Below are positions 22,721 through 25,460 of a stretch of DNA of 25,460 nt, one piece after another. The stretch's first letter is position 1. Each line of letters opens with the position of its first letter. Location of the stretch: positions 1 to 25,460 of the forward strand of contig JBBQYG010000049.1 in NCBI GenBank assembly GCA_038208905.1. The letters are read 5' to 3'. The position numbers and the translations under genes are program-made. Below the pieces are notes generated by a model that worked only from the letters and a program-made list of their open reading frames with translations, ran no database searches and had not been told where the DNA came from. The DNA is from Candidatus Sumerlaeia bacterium (GTDB lineage Bacteria; Sumerlaeota; Sumerlaeia; SLMS01).

Positions 22721-24852
22721 AAATACGCGCACTGCTGCTGGTCTCGCTGATCGCCGCCGCGACGGCAAGCCCCGCCAGCACCGAGTGGCCCACGCCGCTC
22801 GATCTCGGTGCCGTTGGCGATGGCACCGCCGACGATACCACGCTCGTCCAACAGGCGCTGGATGCAGGAACTGTCGTTCACCTTGCCGGTGCGACATATC
22901 GCATCACTTCGCCGCTAAGCCTGGCGACGGGCCGCACTCTCCTCGGGCCTGGATCTCTCATTGTCGATTTCGACTCCGGAACCGCAACGGATGCAAATGC
23001 AGCAGTCCACATCGTTGGGAACGACGTGCATTTGGGGAACGTGACCATCAACAAGCAGTTCATCGATGGTTCGCTCGCCTCTGGTGTTCGAGCCAGCGGT
23101 GTATCGAACCTGCGGCTCGATTCCGTCACAATTCAGGGATACAGCGCCCGCCCGGGCATTGTTATGGTGGACTGCCGCAACTTTCAGATTGGCGGCTGCA
23201 CGATCGGCGGGTTCACGCTCGGCCGCGCTGTCGAGATTGTCACAGAGCCGATGGCGGGAATCTATCTGATCGATACCACCGATGGCCTGATTGTAAACAA
23301 TGTGATTCGCGGCTTTGAGGTCGGTCCAGACGCACGGGGACAGGGGTACCTTTCCTATGGCATCTATGCGCGCAAGGCGGCCCGCCTCTGCATCCTACGC
23401 AATCAGATATCCATCGCGGGCGAGGGCGTCCATTTCGTGGATGCGCGAGACAGCGCCATCTCGGGCAACCGGATCGGGGACATCTGGTCCTATGGCGTCA
23501 GCCTTGTGCGAAGCTCCTTCGTCACCGTTGGCAACAATCACATCGACAATGCATATCAGGGGATCTCGCTCAGCGGCGACGAACAGGTCGTCGATCCCGG
23601 ATGCATCGATCCCGCCGTGGGATCCAAGGCTCCGCTGGCCGGCGTCGTCGGGAGCGTCATCGGCGGCAATGAGGACCCCGAGGGCATCGGAGAGACGCTC
23701 GCGCGCATCGGCGACGGCAACTACTCCACTCGGAGCACCATTAGCCAGGCCGGTCCCGTGGCGTTCTCCTTCGTGATCGACCTCTTGCAGGAAACGCGGT
23801 TCAGCGATCTGACGCTTGTCTCCGAACGAAACTATCGCCCGGGCGGCCAGTTTCCCGGAGGCGCTGTCTCGCTGGCGGTGTCGTCCTCGCCCACCGGACC
23901 GTTTGTAGATGGCGGCGGTGCAATCCTCGAATGTTCACGCCCGCCCGGCACGGAGATGACTGCCACAAACTCTGGTGCCTGCGCGACACAGACCGAGGCG
24001 CGCCGCATCGTCATGGCGCAGCCAGTCACCACACGCTATGTGCGCGTCTCCGCAACGTTCTGCCTGGACAACATCGTCCTCATCTCAGAGGCGTATGCCA
24101 ACCAGGGACCCATCGTCCGGCGGGTGCGCCCCATCGGCGACGCCTACCAGAATTTTCCACGCATTCCCGCGATGATGACGGATGGAAATGCTTCGACATA
24201 CTACAATCCCAACGTGACCGCCGGTTCCATCGATGTGGATGTGGCACCCTATCCCGTGACGATGGAGCGCATTCGTATGGTTGGACGTGTCGGTGATCTC
24301 GGCGGCCTTCCCCGATCCGGCGCTGTCTATACAACGGCTTCGGATGATCCCGATGCGCTCGACGTCCTTCTAACGAACTTCAATTTGGAGCCGGTGGGTG
24401 GCGAACTTGTGATCGAACTCCCTCCCGATGCCAGGGGCCGCTATGTGCGCATCGAATGGGATTCGCTGCAGGACCCCGCGGACACGCGCACTCAGATCGC
24501 GGAGATCGCACTGGACTACAGCGAGGCCTGCATCCCTCAGGGGTCGGAATTCCTGCTTTCCTCAAACGGCAACTCGATCAATGGAAACGTGATCCTGAAC
24601 GCGGGCGCGCGAGGGGTGTTTGATCAGTCCGGGACGAGTCGCGTCGCCGGCACCGGGCCCGTTGGGATCGATCTCGGCAACGAGGCCAGCTATAACGTGG
24701 TCTCGGATCACCTCATCGCCGACCGGCAGTTTATTCCCACGATGGTCGATGGCATTCGCACCGGCGACTCTGGCGTCGCCAATGTGGTCACCGACAACAT
24801 TACGACCTATGACGTTCAGAAGGAAACCCTCCAGCTTTGGGTTCTACACTAG
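22717..24852 (+). CDS. Secreted right-handed beta-helix protein with an inserted discoidin-like module and Trp tail
   Basis: GTG 22717 overlaps the upstream TGA, with GGAG at 22707-22710. Signal peptide; TPLDLGAVGDGTADDT..VQQALD cap; beta-helix repeats before ~23580 and after ~24560. Confidence 0.82.
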   Translation: MKIRALLLVSLIAAATASPASTEWPTPLDLGAVGDGTADDTTLVQQALDAGTVVHLAGATYRITSPLSLATGRTLLGPGSLIVDFDSGTATDANAAVHIVGNDVHLGNVTINKQFIDGSLASGVRASGVSNLRLDSVTIQGYSARPGIVMVDCRNFQIGGCTIGGFTLGRAVEIVTEPMAGIYLIDTTDGLIVNNVIRGFEVGPDARGQGYLSYGIYARKAARLCILRNQISIAGEGVHFVDARDSAISGNRIGDIWSYGVSLVRSSFVTVGNNHIDNAYQGISLSGDEQVVDPGCIDPAVGSKAPLAGVVGSVIGGNEDPEGIGETLARIGDGNYSTRSTISQAGPVAFSFVIDLLQETRFSDLTLVSERNYRPGGQFPGGAVSLAVSSSPTGPFVDGGGAILECSRPPGTEMTATNSGACATQTEARRIVMAQPVTTRYVRVSATFCLDNIVLISEAYANQGPIVRRVRPIGDAYQNFPRIPAMMTDGNASTYYNPNVTAGSIDVDVAPYPVTMERIRMVGRVGDLGGLPRSGAVYTTASDDPDALDVLLTNFNLEPVGGELVIELPPDARGRYVRIEWDSLQDPADTRTQIAEIALDYSEACIPQGSEFLLSSNGNSINGNVILNAGARGVFDQSGTSRVAGTGPVGIDLGNEASYNVVSDHLIADRQFIPTMVDGIRTGDSGVANVVTDNITTYDVQKETLQLWVLH

Positions 24853-24863
24853 GAGACTCGACA

Positions 24864-25460
24864 ATGAGAGCACCGATCACGCTGTCCCTGATGCTGGCAT
24901 GTGGCATCTGCCACGCCGCGACAACGCCCAACGAAATCACCACGCCCTATGACTTCGGAGCCGTCGGCAACGGCACGGCGGACGATAGCACTGCGCTCCA
25001 GAATGCGCTGAGCTCCGGCAGGATCGTCACGCTTCCCGGTGGCAGCTTCCGCATCACTCGGCGTATGAACATCCCCGCCAACGGCGGCCTGGTGGGCGCG
25101 GGAACCATCCTCCACGATTTCGACACCAGCCCAGCTCCAGGGCTTCCCTCGGCCAATGACTATGCCTTCTTCACCAATGGCGCCAACGTGAGACTCGAAG
25201 GATTCAAGCTGAAGAAGACCTTCATCGATGGTTCCTATGCCTGTGGCATCGTTGCCGACCACGCCAACAACATCACCATCAAGGACGTGGAGATTTCAGG
25301 GTATAGCGCCCGCTATGGAATCCACATCATCGAGAGCGAGAATATCCAGGTCACCGGCTGCTATATACACAGCTTCATGATGAACACGACCGCTGACATG
25401 ATCTCCGATTCCCCCGCGGGGTTGCGCGTGACCCGCTGCGTGCGCGGAATCGTCTCTAAC
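24864..25460 (+). CDS. Secreted right-handed beta-helix protein (5' part, runs off the window), paralog of the preceding gene
   Basis: Not in the ORF track because it has no stop. AGGAG RBS, then ATG 24864 and 199 open codons: MRAPITLSLMLACGICHA-ATTPNEITTPYDFGAVGNGTADDSTALQNAL...KKTFIDGSYACGI...ISGYSARYGI. These match KQFIDGSLASGV and IQGYSARPGI of 22717-24852. Confidence 0.88.
   Translation, partial: MRAPITLSLMLACGICHAATTPNEITTPYDFGAVGNGTADDSTALQNALSSGRIVTLPGGSFRITRRMNIPANGGLVGAGTILHDFDTSPAPGLPSANDYAFFTNGANVRLEGFKLKKTFIDGSYACGIVADHANNITIKDVEISGYSARYGIHIIESENIQVTGCYIHSFMMNTTADMISDSPAGLRVTRCVRGIVSN

Overview
GC-rich bacterial carbohydrate-utilisation region with no rRNA, tRNA, CRISPR array or mobile element. 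From left to right: (1) A rhamnose-type catabolic module: the 3' tip of a probable LutC/LutB (LUD-domain) gene, a DeoR regulator and the bifunctional rhamnulose-1-P aldolase/dehydrogenase RhaEW, with 10-bp tandem operator-like repeats upstream of both deoR and rhaEW. (2) A sialate-O-acetylesterase-like gene, an AraC regulator divergent from two PhyH-family Fe(II)/2-oxoglutarate dioxygenases, and a creatininase-family/aldo-keto reductase pair. (3) A >15 kb + strand operon behind a clear sigma70 promoter. It encodes an atypical DapA-family enzyme, a type IV prepilin-like protein, a secreted protein made of two copies of an unrecognised ~305-aa discoidin/CBM32-like module, a Na+/solute symporter, a secreted alpha/beta hydrolase, two oxidoreductases and three secreted right-handed beta-helix proteins. 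The most interesting signal is a polysaccharide-utilisation-like locus with a prepilin but no SusC/SusD or TonB receptor in the window. Its three complete large exported proteins share the same ~305-aa module (4 copies in 3 genes) and a short C-terminal Trp-containing tail that may be a sorting signal. From memory, the prepilin type and tails suggest Candidatus Sumerlaeota (BRC1) or a related lineage; this is unverified. All family calls come from motifs read by eye; no searches were run.
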